Source of the DNA: Bacteroidales bacterium
GTDB taxonomy: Bacteria; Bacteroidota; Bacteroidia; Bacteroidales; UBA3663
Direction of reading: 5' to 3'
Length of the DNA stretch: 64,000 bases
Assembly (NCBI GenBank): GCA_017618715.1
Contig: JAFZTS010000054.1
Location: forward strand, 37,298 to 101,297
The notes beneath the pieces were generated by a model that saw nothing but the letters and a program-made list of their open reading frames with translations, made no database searches and was not told the origin of the DNA. Below, one piece after another: positions 1-10,115 of the stretch. Every line of letters begins with the position of its first letter. Position 1 is the stretch's first letter. The position numbers were made by a program, and so were the translations under genes.

Positions 1-588
1 CATCGAGCCACGCCAGATGGTGGCCGAATTGGGATCAATGAAGAAACCTACCGAAAGGATCTTTACGCCATATTGCTCGGCTGGAACGAGCAGGTCGCGC
101 CCATCCTTCTGAATGGCGTATGCCTGGAAGTTGTCGAGGCCGAACATTTTGGGTATCGATGGGCCGAAGATATCGGCATCGAGCAGACCCACCTTATAGC
201 CGAGCATCGAAAGACCTACAGCCAGATTGGCAGCAACGGTGCTCTTTCCCACGCCGCCCTTGCCTGAAGCGATGGCGATGATGTTCTTCACATTGGGCAA
301 CAGCTTGTCAGGCTCTGGCCGTGGAGCCTGTTTCGTCTTCACCTTTATTTCGGGTTCGACTTCCTCGCCCACCATCTGGCAAGCATGCTTGATGTTGGCT
401 TCGGCAGCGCGAAGCACCGACTTCATAAAGGGGTCGGTCTGCTTGTCAAAGATGAGGCTGAAGGAAATATGCTTCCCTTCGATACGCATATCATCGGCTA
501 CCATCTCGCTCTCCACGAGGTTCTTCTTGGTGCCAGGATAGATGACCTGTGCGAGGGCATCTAAGATTAGTTTTGGATATAGTGCCAT
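1..588 (-). CDS. mrp: Mrp/NBP35 (ApbC) Fe-S carrier ATPase, 3' end outside the window
   Basis: Translated by hand from ATG at 588: MALYPKLILDALAQVIYPG...NIIAIASGKGGVGKSTVAANLA...LLDADIFGPSIP...WRGSM; deviant Walker A and DADIxGPS motifs. Absent from the ORF track because it has no stop in the window. Confidence 0.93.
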   Translation of the reverse strand, partial: MALYPKLILDALAQVIYPGTKKNLVESEMVADDMRIEGKHISFSLIFDKQTDPFMKSVLRAAEANIKHACQMVGEEVEPEIKVKTKQAPRPEPDKLLPNVKNIIAIASGKGGVGKSTVAANLAVGLSMLGYKVGLLDADIFGPSIPKMFGLDNFQAYAIQKDGRDLLVPAEQYGVKILSVGFFIDPNSATIWRGSM

Positions 589-600
589 TTATTTTGTTTT

Positions 601-653
601 TCTGATTACTCGGAGTACTCCGATTATTCCGATGACTCGGAAATTCCGATCAC
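601..653 (+). repeat. 9-bp TCnGAnnAy minisatellite, 6 units (one is 8 bp), intergenic trmB-mrp
   Basis: tctgattac tcggagtac tccgattat tccgatgac tcggaaat tccgatcac. Confidence 0.85.
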
Positions 654-1465
654 ACATGCTGCTCCAGCGAGCTGCGTTTGTCGCGATTATACGAACGATA
701 GTCGTCCAAGGGTATTTCGACATCGGGTTCCACCCAATTGATATCGGGTTGCAGGCGAAGGAGCATATACTTGATGTCTTTGCCTCGGGCAATCCATTGC
801 TTTTCGTAGGCGGTCTGGATGGTGCGGAGGGCTTCCCAATCGATGAAACCTTGGAGATCGGAGTTATCGGAGGATTCGGAATTGTCGGAGGAGAGGTCAA
901 ATGCGTACAGGTCGCGTGTTGAGGCCAACACCTCTAGGTGGTTGTCGCGCGCCATCTCTTCGGTATAGGTGAAGAGGAAGTTCGAGTCGCACTTCAAGTG
1001 AATCAATCCACCGGGTTGCATGATGTGGGAATAACGATTCATGAACCGCGTGCAGGTGAGGCGCTTGTTGACCTTCTTCATCTGCGGGTCACAGAAGGTG
1101 ATCCAAATCTCCGACACTTCATTTGGTGCGAAGAACTGCTCGATGAGTTCAATATGTGTGCGCACAAAAGCCACATTCGAAAGCTCCTCCTTCAGTGCAG
1201 CCGTGGCGCCCGTCCACATGCGTGCTCCCTTGATGTCGATACCGATGAAGTTCTTGTCACGATAGCGCCGAGCTAGCCCCACCGTATATTCGCCCTTGCC
1301 GCATCCCAGTTCGAGAACGATGGGATGCTGGTTGTGGAAGTATTCTTCGTGCCAACGTCCTCTGAGTGGGAAACCTTTCTCCTGTAATTGTTCGAACGAA
1401 TATTGCAGGCAGTTCGGATAGGTTTCCATGTCGGCGAACTTGGCCAGTTTGTTTTTTGTTGACAT
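650..1465 (-). CDS. trmB: tRNA (guanine-N7)-methyltransferase
   Basis: VLELGCGKGEY SAM-binding motif, GIDIKGAR, IWITFCDPQMKK; carries a short SDNSESSDNSD insert. Confidence 0.93.
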   Translation of the reverse strand: MSTKNKLAKFADMETYPNCLQYSFEQLQEKGFPLRGRWHEEYFHNQHPIVLELGCGKGEYTVGLARRYRDKNFIGIDIKGARMWTGATAALKEELSNVAFVRTHIELIEQFFAPNEVSEIWITFCDPQMKKVNKRLTCTRFMNRYSHIMQPGGLIHLKCDSNFLFTYTEEMARDNHLEVLASTRDLYAFDLSSDNSESSDNSDLQGFIDWEALRTIQTAYEKQWIARGKDIKYMLLRLQPDINWVEPDVEIPLDDYRSYNRDKRSSLEQHV

Positions 1466-1466
1466 T

Positions 1467-2888
1467 TTACAAGCGTAGAATCTGTAATAAGAAGTTCCAG
1501 AACTTTGCGACGCTCTCTATTTCGACGCTCTCCTGGGGCGAATGCGGGTGATGGATGGTTGGTCCTACCGAAATGATCTGCATATCGGGATAAATCTCGG
1601 TGATGACGCCACATTCGAGGCCACAATGCACCTTGTCGAGCTTGAGGTTCGGATTGGCGCGAAGTGCTTTCTGCACCATCGGGGCATCCTTCTCGATGTT
1701 CCAAGCGCCATAGCTTGCTGCAAAGTCCACACGGAAGCCTCCAAGCAGGAAGGCCGACTGGATGGCGCTCGCACAGGCACGTTTCCTTTCTTCGTTCATG
1801 CTGCGCACCATGAGCAGCACTTCGGCTTCTCCATCGACCGTGGTCTGGACATGTGCCATGTTCGAACTTGTATCGACATACCCCTCTCCCATCGTCCACA
1901 CGCCGTCGTGGCAGGCTTCGATGGCATTCAACAGGTCGTCCTGTATCTCTTCGGGGATGAGTGCGCCGGGCATCGGCACGGCCTTGGCCGTAAAGCTGAG
2001 GCCGGGTTCGCTCTGTCGGTATTCTTCGCGGAAAAGGTCGTTGTAATACTGTACCTCTTCGATTACTTCATCGACGATTTCCTCGGGAACCGTAATCACC
2101 GCTAATGCTTCACGTGGGATGGCATTGCGCAGCGTTCCGCTATTGAAGCTCCCCAGTCGTGCCTCGAAGTTTACGACGATGTGCTTGAGGAAACGATTCA
2201 TGAGCTTGCAGGCATTTGCACGGCCAAGGTGGATGTCCATGCCGCTATGTCCTCCTTGCAAGCCTGTGAGGCAAAGCAAGACAGCCGCATCGCCTTCTGG
2301 TATGTCGGCATCCATCTTGTACTTCAGCGAAGCCGTCATGTTGACCGCCCCAGCACACCCCGTCATCAGCACGCCTTCCTCCTCGCTGTCGAGGTTGATA
2401 AGTTGGCGCGACTTGATCCAATCGGCACTGAGTTTACGAGCGCCTTGCATGCCCGTCACTTCGTTGGCCGTGAACAGGAATTCCAGAGGCATTTGGGCAT
2501 ACTTTTCGTTCGTATTCTCCGCGTCGATAAGCGCAAGCATGGCAGCCACGCCGATACCATTGTCGGCACCGAGCGTCGTGCCCGTAGCCATCACCTCGTC
2601 ACCCACGATTCGAAGCTGCAAGGGGTCCTTGGTGAAGTCAAACTCCACCTCGTTATCCTTCTGCGGGACCATGTCATAATGGGCTTGCAGACAGATTTCG
2701 GGAGTGTCGCCCATCCTTACCAGTATATTGCCAGCTTCATCCACAAGTGTCTCGAATTGGTGTGCCCGTGCCGTATCGACGATGAATTGACACAAGGCAT
2801 CGAGGCAACCACTGGGATGTGGAAGCTGCGAAATGTTGACAAATTGTCTCCAGACGGTTTTCGGTTCAAGGTTAGTGATTTGCTTCAT
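1467..2888 (-). CDS. pepD: Aminoacyl-histidine dipeptidase (M20 family, PepD-like)
   Basis: Likely start MKQITNLEPKTVW at 2888 (ATGA overlap with the upstream stop); QAHYDMV, TTLGADNGIG, NLDSEEEG, GGHSG, HCGLECG and HSPQE motifs. Confidence 0.88.
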   Translation of the reverse strand: MKQITNLEPKTVWRQFVNISQLPHPSGCLDALCQFIVDTARAHQFETLVDEAGNILVRMGDTPEICLQAHYDMVPQKDNEVEFDFTKDPLQLRIVGDEVMATGTTLGADNGIGVAAMLALIDAENTNEKYAQMPLEFLFTANEVTGMQGARKLSADWIKSRQLINLDSEEEGVLMTGCAGAVNMTASLKYKMDADIPEGDAAVLLCLTGLQGGHSGMDIHLGRANACKLMNRFLKHIVVNFEARLGSFNSGTLRNAIPREALAVITVPEEIVDEVIEEVQYYNDLFREEYRQSEPGLSFTAKAVPMPGALIPEEIQDDLLNAIEACHDGVWTMGEGYVDTSSNMAHVQTTVDGEAEVLLMVRSMNEERKRACASAIQSAFLLGGFRVDFAASYGAWNIEKDAPMVQKALRANPNLKLDKVHCGLECGVITEIYPDMQIISVGPTIHHPHSPQESVEIESVAKFWNFLLQILRL

Positions 2889-3904
2889 GAAGGATTGTTC
2901 TTTTTGAGTGCCACGGCGATAAATGCGTAGAGTCCCATCAGGAGCACGAATGCCTGTTCGATGATCCATGCCACGACGGCAAAAATGATGGCGTGCTGGT
3001 TGTCGATGCCATATTGCAAAAGCGCAAAGATAACCATGGCTTGCCATGCGCCAAGGCCTCCTTGGATGGGCAGAAGTTGCGACATCGTTCCCATAACGAA
3101 GACCGAAAGGCAGGCCAGGATGCCCAGATGGCTTGTGAAATCGAAGAAGTAGAACTGTGTCAGCGTGTTCAGGAAATAGAAGAACCAGATGAGGGCCGAC
3201 CAGCCGATATAGCTCCAGATGTTGGGCAGGTCCTTCAGCGAAAGGAAGCCCTTCCACATATTCTGCCCGATGCTGACAAACTTCTGATAGAAACTCATCC
3301 TTTTAAGCTTGGGCCGGAATATCCAAAGCAGGATAAGCACTACCACCAGCACCACCAGCACCCAAAGCCAAGCGGGAATAGTCGTTGTCGTTTCGGTCTT
3401 TATCGTCCCTCCTGCCGCCTCAATGGCTTCGGCTTTGCTTCCGTCATCGAAAAAGAATTTGAGCAATACCTTGCCTTCAAGGATTAGGGTGAGCAGGATA
3501 ATCGATGCGCTGCAAAGGATGTCGCAGAGACGTTCTGAAAGGATTGTGCCTGCAATGGTCGAGAAAGGCTTGTGGTTATTTTGAGCGATATAATTGCAAC
3601 GCCAGAATTCACCCAATCGTGGAAAGACCAGGTTCATGCCGTAATTACCAAAGAAAGAGATGCTCATCTCATGGAGCGAGGGGTTGACACCAACAGTACG
3701 TAATTGTTGGCGCCAACGAATGCCGCGAAACACATTCGCCATCAATGCGAAGAACCAAGAGATAACGACCCAAGTCCAGTTGATACCGCTTTTGATTGTG
3801 TCGAACAACAATTGCATATCGACCTTCTGGAGAATGAACCAAACAATGCCGATACCAAAGGCCAGGGGCAGCAGGAACTTGATTATTTTTTGTATTTTTC
3901 TCAT
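2885..3904 (-). CDS. Lysylphosphatidylglycerol synthase TM / flippase-like membrane protein (UPF0104)
   Basis: Multi-TM protein with RGIRW, NLVFPRLGE, ER..D and PIQGGLG motifs. Confidence 0.8.
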   Translation of the reverse strand: MRKIQKIIKFLLPLAFGIGIVWFILQKVDMQLLFDTIKSGINWTWVVISWFFALMANVFRGIRWRQQLRTVGVNPSLHEMSISFFGNYGMNLVFPRLGEFWRCNYIAQNNHKPFSTIAGTILSERLCDILCSASIILLTLILEGKVLLKFFFDDGSKAEAIEAAGGTIKTETTTTIPAWLWVLVVLVVVLILLWIFRPKLKRMSFYQKFVSIGQNMWKGFLSLKDLPNIWSYIGWSALIWFFYFLNTLTQFYFFDFTSHLGILACLSVFVMGTMSQLLPIQGGLGAWQAMVIFALLQYGIDNQHAIIFAVVAWIIEQAFVLLMGLYAFIAVALKKNNPS

Positions 3905-3913
3905 GCTGAACCG

Positions 3914-5431
3914 TTAGTCTTTTGGAACCTTCTGACTGAATGCGTGATAGGCACCCATTACCTGGTTGACATAGTTGATGGTAAAGGCACCGTTGAACTT
4001 GCCTTGTTTTACTACCGACATACGGTAGTATTGCGGGTCGGCTTTCAGACGCAGGCAATGCTCGACGTTGTTGGGCCATACGTTGGCCTTGTATCCCAAC
4101 GTTTCAGCCAGTCGGATTGCATCATATACGTGGGCAATGCCGGCATTGTAGCCAGCCAGCGATAAACACATCAGGTCTTCATCCGAAACACCTGGGACAC
4201 GCTTGCGTAATCTGTCGGCAATGCGTATATAAAGTTTGCATGCCAGGTCGATGTTCAATTCTGGATCGAGCACTTCCTCCGGGTCATGTCCGAAGATTCT
4301 GGCCGTTTGCGGCATCAGCTGCATCAGTCCTATGGGACCTTTGGTGGAGATGACGGCATGATTGAAGCGGCTCTCGATATAGGCGATACCAGCCAGCATA
4401 CGCCAGTCAAGGTTGTATTCCTTGGCTTTCCGCTTAAAGATATCATCATAAGGCGAGATGGCACCGTCCTTCATCTTGAAGCTGTTTACTATCAGCGGAC
4501 GCTTGCGTTTCGTATCTTTCTTGCGTCGGGCAACGATGGTATAATGTGGCGTCTGGCTGTCCAGCTGTTCGGTAGTGATGGAGTCGATTTTGTGTTTCAA
4601 GGTATCCGACACGTTGGTGACCGCCCAAGCCAGCGAGTCGATGCTGTTGGGGATGGTGTCCGAAACGACGAGCGTGGGATAATAGTCGCGCATAAGTCGA
4701 GCCACGTTGCAGCGCAGCATAACAGCTTCGGTAAGGCCGACAATCATCGAATCGGTCAGCAATTCCGTATTCAGGCTGTCATTTGGAATCGTGTCGATAA
4801 CGTAGGGCCGGAAATCGAAAAGTTTCTGAATCTTTCGGTCTTTATAGATATTCCACTGGTGCGAGCCCTCGATAAGCGACAGTTTGTACTTTGGTAGTTC
4901 GGCCAACATACTGTCGGTAAGGAGCGAATCCTTGTAAGCCTCGGTTTTCAATTTGCGTGCCGACGCAATACATTGTCCATCGGCCCAGCGCGGTCCTGTG
5001 GGACGGAGGTACCAATAACTCTCCATCACACTATAGGCTATTGGCCAAATAGCTACGTCGGCCGCGCCATAGAAAAGGCTGTCGATAAGGGCTTCCTCGC
5101 TTTTCACGAGCATGATGTTCAGCTTCAAACCCAGCGCTCCGGCCACGGTCTTGGCATTCTCGTACTCGTTTCCGTACCAACGTCCTCGGTATTCGAAAGC
5201 CGAGAAACTGGTTTGTAGTGTTACAACATTCAGCGTGTCCGAGGCCACGATTTCCGACCAGGTGCGCGACTTGGGCGAACGCTCGATTTCGATGACTTCA
5301 ACCTTCTGGTTTACCTTGTGCCAAAGGAAACCTACAAGCAAGAACAGTCCAATCGCCAGCACAGTTCGCAGGCGATCGTACAATTTCTCCGATTTCGTTT
5401 TGGGTCGGGTATTACCAGATAGTTTGGTCAC
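3914..5431 (-). CDS. MltF-like lytic transglycosylase (SBP-like N-terminus plus SLT domain)
   Basis: N-terminal TM segment; ISPYD...DWRMLAGIAYIESRF, GLMQLMP and AGYNAG SLT motifs. Confidence 0.85.
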   Translation of the reverse strand: MTKLSGNTRPKTKSEKLYDRLRTVLAIGLFLLVGFLWHKVNQKVEVIEIERSPKSRTWSEIVASDTLNVVTLQTSFSAFEYRGRWYGNEYENAKTVAGALGLKLNIMLVKSEEALIDSLFYGAADVAIWPIAYSVMESYWYLRPTGPRWADGQCIASARKLKTEAYKDSLLTDSMLAELPKYKLSLIEGSHQWNIYKDRKIQKLFDFRPYVIDTIPNDSLNTELLTDSMIVGLTEAVMLRCNVARLMRDYYPTLVVSDTIPNSIDSLAWAVTNVSDTLKHKIDSITTEQLDSQTPHYTIVARRKKDTKRKRPLIVNSFKMKDGAISPYDDIFKRKAKEYNLDWRMLAGIAYIESRFNHAVISTKGPIGLMQLMPQTARIFGHDPEEVLDPELNIDLACKLYIRIADRLRKRVPGVSDEDLMCLSLAGYNAGIAHVYDAIRLAETLGYKANVWPNNVEHCLRLKADPQYYRMSVVKQGKFNGAFTINYVNQVMGAYHAFSQKVPKD

Positions 5432-5435
5432 GGCC

Positions 5436-6047
5436 TTATTTATTGATTAAAAGATGCTGGATGAATTCCTTCAACACATTGATGGCAACGGAATTCGAAC
5501 CGCCCTGAGGAACAATCAGGTCGGCATAAGCCTTGGTGGGCTCGATGTGGAGATTGTGCATGGGTTTGATGATCGTCTGGTAGCGATTGATGAGGTCCTC
5601 AATCGTACGTCCACGTTCAACGACGTCGCGGCGCAGCACGCGAATCAGGCGTTCATCACTATCGGCATCCACGAAGACCTTCATATCGAGGATGGCGCGA
5701 ATGGACGGATCAACGAGGGCCATGATGCCTTCGAGGATGATGACCGGACGCGGCTCGATACGCACGGTTTTCGAGAGTCGAGAACATGTAGTGTAATCAT
5801 AGACGGGCTCGTCGATGGCTTTGCCTTCACGCAAAAGGGCAAGGTGTTTGTAGAGCAGCTCCCAATCGAAGGCGCGCGGTTCATCGAAGTTTTGCGCGCG
5901 ACGCTGTTCCCACGGCAGGTGCGAACTATCCTTGTAATAACTGTCCTGTGAAACTACTGCAACACTTCCATCAGGAAGACTTTCGATAATCTTGCGGACC
6001 ACAGTGGTTTTTCCAGATCCTGTGCCGCCTGCAATACCAATGATCAT
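5436..6047 (-). CDS. udk: Uridine kinase
   Basis: MIIGIAGGTGSGKTT P-loop, QDSYYKD, NFD.P.AFD, RRDVVERGR; ATG at 6047. Confidence 0.95.
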   Translation of the reverse strand: MIIGIAGGTGSGKTTVVRKIIESLPDGSVAVVSQDSYYKDSSHLPWEQRRAQNFDEPRAFDWELLYKHLALLREGKAIDEPVYDYTTCSRLSKTVRIEPRPVIILEGIMALVDPSIRAILDMKVFVDADSDERLIRVLRRDVVERGRTIEDLINRYQTIIKPMHNLHIEPTKAYADLIVPQGGSNSVAINVLKEFIQHLLINK

Positions 6048-6065
6048 GATACTATATTTTTGGGG

Positions 6066-6166
6066 CAAATTTATAAAAAATCTGTGATATTTCGTTCTTT
6101 TTTACCCGAAAAAATGCATGTTGACACTAAAATACTTGTTTTTTTGGTGTTTTTACCCTAATTTTG
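6066..6166. promoter_or_regulatory. Divergent Bacteroidetes -7 promoter elements (udk operon / TrmH-family gene)
   Basis: TAAATTTG on minus strand (6066-6073) and TAATTTTG on plus strand (6159-6166) match TAnnTTTG. Confidence 0.7.
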
Positions 6167-6187
6167 CAGCGTTAAATACACAGTTTG

Positions 6188-7051
6188 ATGCAGATTCTGA
6201 CAAAAAACAAAATCAAGGAAATACGCGCTTTGGAGCAACACAAGGGGCGCCGAGAGCAGCATGCATGGCTTGCTGAGGGCAATCGTATGGTGGGTGATCT
6301 GCTGGCTTCCGATGCCTTCGAATGTCGCAAATTAGTGGCTACCCGCTCGTGGTGGGAAAGCCATCCTGAGTATGCCGAAAAGGCCGAGGAATGCTACGAA
6401 GTGACGAGCGCCGAGATGCAACGCGTTTCCCTCCTTCAAGCTCCCCAAGACGTCCTCGCCGTCTTCGACATGACTCGGAAAGATGCCACCTCTTCCGAGA
6501 CCTCGGAATACTCAGAATCCTCCGAGTACTCTGAATATTCCGATTACTCCGATTACTCCGAGAATTCTGATCACTCTGAGCCCTCTACCACTCTCTCCCT
6601 CCTCCTCGACGAGGTGCAAGACCCGGGCAATCTCGGCACAATCATCCGTACCGCCGATTGGTTCGGTGTGCGCGACATCTATTGTGCACCCGGCACGGCT
6701 GACTGTTTCAATGCGAAAGTAGTGCAAGCTACGATGAGTGCGCTTGCCCGTGTGCGTGTGCATTATTTCACATCGAAGGACGATGTTTGCGATTGGCTCC
6801 GTCATTGTCAATGTCCCATCTATGGCACCTTCCTCGAAGGAGAGAACTTCTACGCCTCACAGCTTCAGACACCCGCTGTCCTCGTCATGGGCAACGAGGG
6901 GCGCGGCATCTCGTCCGAAGTGGCTGCCCTGGTCACCCACAAGCTGCTCATCCCCCACTTCTCCTCTGATGGCCAGCACGTCGAATCCCTCAATGTCAGC
7001 GTTGCCACCGCCATCTGCCTGAGCGAGTTGAGGCGGAAATTATCTGTGTGA
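6188..7051 (+). CDS. TrmH/SpoU family RNA methyltransferase with an in-frame S-[DE]-x repeat insert
   Basis: DEVQDPGNLGTIIRTADWFG, VMGNEGRG and ESLNVSVA SPOUT motifs. Confidence 0.92.
   Translation: MQILTKNKIKEIRALEQHKGRREQHAWLAEGNRMVGDLLASDAFECRKLVATRSWWESHPEYAEKAEECYEVTSAEMQRVSLLQAPQDVLAVFDMTRKDATSSETSEYSESSEYSEYSDYSDYSENSDHSEPSTTLSLLLDEVQDPGNLGTIIRTADWFGVRDIYCAPGTADCFNAKVVQATMSALARVRVHYFTSKDDVCDWLRHCQCPIYGTFLEGENFYASQLQTPAVLVMGNEGRGISSEVAALVTHKLLIPHFSSDGQHVESLNVSVATAICLSELRRKLSV
6494..6583 (+). repeat. 9-bp minisatellite, 10 units, coding SETSEYSESSEYSEYSDYSDYSENSDHSEP
   Basis: tccgagacc tcggaatac tcagaatcc tccgagtac tctgaatat tccgattac tccgattac tccgagaat tctgatcac tctgagccc. Confidence 0.9.
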
Positions 7052-7093
7052 ATCTGAGTAAATCTGTGACCTTAAAACCTACCTCTGTTAACC

Positions 7094-9328
7094 ATGAATA
7101 GAAAAATCTCATATTTGTGTGTCTTCTTCGCGAGCATCCTGATGTCCGCCCAAGCGCAGCAGGCCGATACCTTGACCACGGCCGAGCGACGCAGCAGCCA
7201 AAACGTCCTGCTCAACGCCTCTTCCGAATCCCAGCCACGCATCATCTCCCTTGGCATCCCGCAATGGGGCGGTGCCATCATCGACGATGGCCTCCCCTCC
7301 TCGATGTTCAACGATTTCTTCCCCGGTTTCTGGTCATGGCATAGCGGATTGGGCACAGCTTCGCTCGAATTGACACGTCTCGACGAATCCGCTCTCCAGC
7401 TCGGTCATACGGGCTACTACCCCATGTCCGTCTCGCGCGTCGGTGCCGACCGTCCCGAGGGCGCAGTTACCTATACCATCAATCATTACGGCCGCAATCA
7501 GATCGACCTCAATTATGCCACGCCAATGGGGCGAGGTTGGGGCATTGATCTAAATGTCTATCAGGACCTTAACCGAGGTTCAAATCATCTCGACCTTGCC
7601 TATCTTCAGGAACATATCCAATATTATAAGGTAGGACTCTCCAAGAAGTTTGACGACGATAAAGGACGCCTCTTCGCCACCTATCTTTACACCAAGAAGT
7701 TCAACATCAGCGACCCCTATGGCCCCTTCATCTTTGTGGGCGATGGCAGTGTGAAGTCTTACGAGGATTTCGACCTTGGCCGCGACCAGTACCTGCCTTC
7801 CACCGCTGTGTTCGACTATGTCGATATTGCCGACGGACAAACCAAGTCGCGTCGCTTCGTCGATGATGCAGGCATCTTCATCCATCAGTTCACCGCTGGG
7901 CTTGAACGCAAGCTATCGAGCGCTACATTCACGCTCAATACCCGCCTGCGCTTCTGCCATTGCGACCTCACCGAGGCGATGCTCGGCTCCATCGAAGATG
8001 CTGCACGCCAATCAGGCTATACCTACACCGATGGCACGCCCTACCTCGGCAAGGTGCAGACGCGCTATATGTGCTATTATCAATGCGACTGTGACGAATG
8101 GTTCACCACGGCCACGCTAAAGGGACATACTGACCGCTTTGAGTGGACCACTGGTGCCAACCTTTGGTTTGATTGGACCAACGACCATGTGATGACCACC
8201 AATTTCGCCCACGAAGCCAGCAAGAACCCTGCTGCGCTTCGTTATGGAGGCCGCTTGTTCTATGCTCCCAACACCGGTGCTTGGTTCCTCGAAGGACATC
8301 AGAGCCGCTACGCCCTTTTCGGCCAAGGGCAATGGAAACTCTCGCCACGTCTTACGTTGCGAGGAGGTCTGCGTCTCGAATACAGCAATCTCGGTGGCGA
8401 TGGAGCCTTCAACCTTGATGGCAAGGAGAACAACACCCGCACCGAAGGTTGGAACCTCGCAATGCCAGGAGTCACACGCACGCCGTTCTCGGTCAACAAC
8501 TTCAATGGGGCGGCTACCCTCGTCGCATTCTATCACATCAACCGTGCTTGGGGCCTTGAGCTCGATGCCATCGCCACACGCCAGCATGCCGAGTTGTGGC
8601 AGTTTAGCGAAGCCTCCCTCCCCTCCGACAAGCCGAAGAACAATGTGTTGGTGCGCGGCGGCGTCAACTTCAAGAACTCGTGGCTCGACTTCCAATCGAT
8701 GTTATCCTACTATCGGCAGGACAACAACTACTCCACCGCCCTGTGGACGCATGAGCTGACAAAGGCCGTAGGCAGTTATCCTGAAGGCTACAACGAAACC
8801 CTCTACATCGGCTCGGGATACAGCATGGAGGTGTTGGGATGGACCACCGACGTGTTGATCAACGCGGGCGACTTCCATTTCCACGGCCTGCTTACCCTGC
8901 GCAGTCCGCAGTACAGCGACTATCGTTTCCAGCCACGTTTCAGCGACGGATATACCGAGACCTTCGATTTCTCGAACAAGAACATCACCGAATCCCCCTC
9001 CGTTGAGATGGAATTGGAACCTTCCTACAGCCCCGGCAAATGGCGTTTCTGGGTAAGTGCCCGCTACTATAGCCGCCAGTATGTCAACATCACCAACAGC
9101 CTCTATTTCAAACCCCATTGGGAGACCTTCGCCGGCATCGACCTCACCCTCAACGAGAAGGTCCAGTTCGGTGTCAATGTCGTGAACTTCCTCAATCAAA
9201 CCGGCGCAAGTTCCGGCATCCAAGCCGCTTCGCTCGCCACCGATGCCACCCCCTTCAAGAACTATCTCACTTCCGGCACATACCTCCGTCCCTTCACGCT
9301 CGAATTCACTTCGACACTCCGTTTCTGA
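7094..9328 (+). CDS. Outer-membrane beta-barrel, TonB-dependent receptor-like
   Basis: Signal peptide, short plug-like NVLLNASS..QPRIISLGIP segment, amphipathic beta strands, C-terminal Phe (TLEFTSTLRF). Confidence 0.75.
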   Translation: MNRKISYLCVFFASILMSAQAQQADTLTTAERRSSQNVLLNASSESQPRIISLGIPQWGGAIIDDGLPSSMFNDFFPGFWSWHSGLGTASLELTRLDESALQLGHTGYYPMSVSRVGADRPEGAVTYTINHYGRNQIDLNYATPMGRGWGIDLNVYQDLNRGSNHLDLAYLQEHIQYYKVGLSKKFDDDKGRLFATYLYTKKFNISDPYGPFIFVGDGSVKSYEDFDLGRDQYLPSTAVFDYVDIADGQTKSRRFVDDAGIFIHQFTAGLERKLSSATFTLNTRLRFCHCDLTEAMLGSIEDAARQSGYTYTDGTPYLGKVQTRYMCYYQCDCDEWFTTATLKGHTDRFEWTTGANLWFDWTNDHVMTTNFAHEASKNPAALRYGGRLFYAPNTGAWFLEGHQSRYALFGQGQWKLSPRLTLRGGLRLEYSNLGGDGAFNLDGKENNTRTEGWNLAMPGVTRTPFSVNNFNGAATLVAFYHINRAWGLELDAIATRQHAELWQFSEASLPSDKPKNNVLVRGGVNFKNSWLDFQSMLSYYRQDNNYSTALWTHELTKAVGSYPEGYNETLYIGSGYSMEVLGWTTDVLINAGDFHFHGLLTLRSPQYSDYRFQPRFSDGYTETFDFSNKNITESPSVEMELEPSYSPGKWRFWVSARYYSRQYVNITNSLYFKPHWETFAGIDLTLNEKVQFGVNVVNFLNQTGASSGIQAASLATDATPFKNYLTSGTYLRPFTLEFTSTLRF

Positions 9329-9357
9329 AACAAGCTCGACTAATTAATTAGCCAATT

Positions 9358-9888
9358 ATGAACAAAAAAGTTACCTTATTGCCTCTGGAGGAAGATGACC
9401 GCGAGCAGTTCATCGCCGACAACCAGGAAGCTTTCCTTTATGGTGCTACGCAGGAGTTTGGAATGCGTGATGACCACTTCGAGGAGGATGGTGAGATCAT
9501 TTCAAAGGAGACCATCCGCAACGCTATCGACGCCCCTGGTGCCGAGACTTACCGAATCGTATGCGACGGCCAGAAGGTGGGCGGCGTAGTGATAAACTTG
9601 AACTCCGAAACCCAAACTGGCGACCTCGAATTGCTTTTCGTCTCACCCCATGTCCACAGCCGAGGTATAGGTTTCGCCGCGTGGCAGGCCATCGAGCAAA
9701 TGCACCCCGAAATCAGGGTTTGGGAAACAGTTACCCCCTATTTCGAGAAGCGCAACATTCATTTCTATGTCAATCGTTGCGGTTTCCACATCGTCGAATT
9801 CTTCAACAGTCACCATCCCGATCCCCACGACCAGTCATCCGATGATGACGATTCCGATGGCATGTTCCGTTTTCAGAAGGTGATGTGA
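9358..9888 (+). CDS. GNAT family N-acetyltransferase
   Basis: LFVSPHVHSRGIG acetyl-CoA motif A, NIHFYVNRCGF motif B. Confidence 0.88.
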   Translation: MNKKVTLLPLEEDDREQFIADNQEAFLYGATQEFGMRDDHFEEDGEIISKETIRNAIDAPGAETYRIVCDGQKVGGVVINLNSETQTGDLELLFVSPHVHSRGIGFAAWQAIEQMHPEIRVWETVTPYFEKRNIHFYVNRCGFHIVEFFNSHHPDPHDQSSDDDDSDGMFRFQKVM

Positions 9889-9972
9889 CTATTTTTTCAA
9901 AAATATCGACGATTCACCCGCCATTTTTCCCGTTTCACCTCCCTATCACTTTGTGTTTTGACTATATTGTAC

Positions 9973-9980
9973 TACCTTTG
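9973..9980 (+). promoter_or_regulatory. -7 promoter element with no downstream long ORF
   Basis: TACCTTTG with an upstream TTTG. Confidence 0.55.
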
Positions 9981-10066
9981 TCCTCGAAATACAAAGGCTT
10001 TACTTATGACAGACTATTTACGAAATTAATTCGCGAAAGAGACAAGAAGATATGTATTATCTGACC

Positions 10067-10105
10067 AGCAAGCCTGCCTGAGAAGGTCGGCTTGCTCCTT
10101 TTTTT
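10067..10105 (+). terminator. Intrinsic terminator
   Basis: agcaagcc-t-gcct-gaga-aggt-c-ggcttgct followed by cc and T7. Confidence 0.8.
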
Positions 10106-10115
10106 ATAGATCATT

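Noticed and set aside
2889-3257. N-terminal extension of the 596-aa PepD ORF
   Set aside because: Overlaps the upstream membrane-protein gene; PepD-like sequence starts at MKQITNL (2888)
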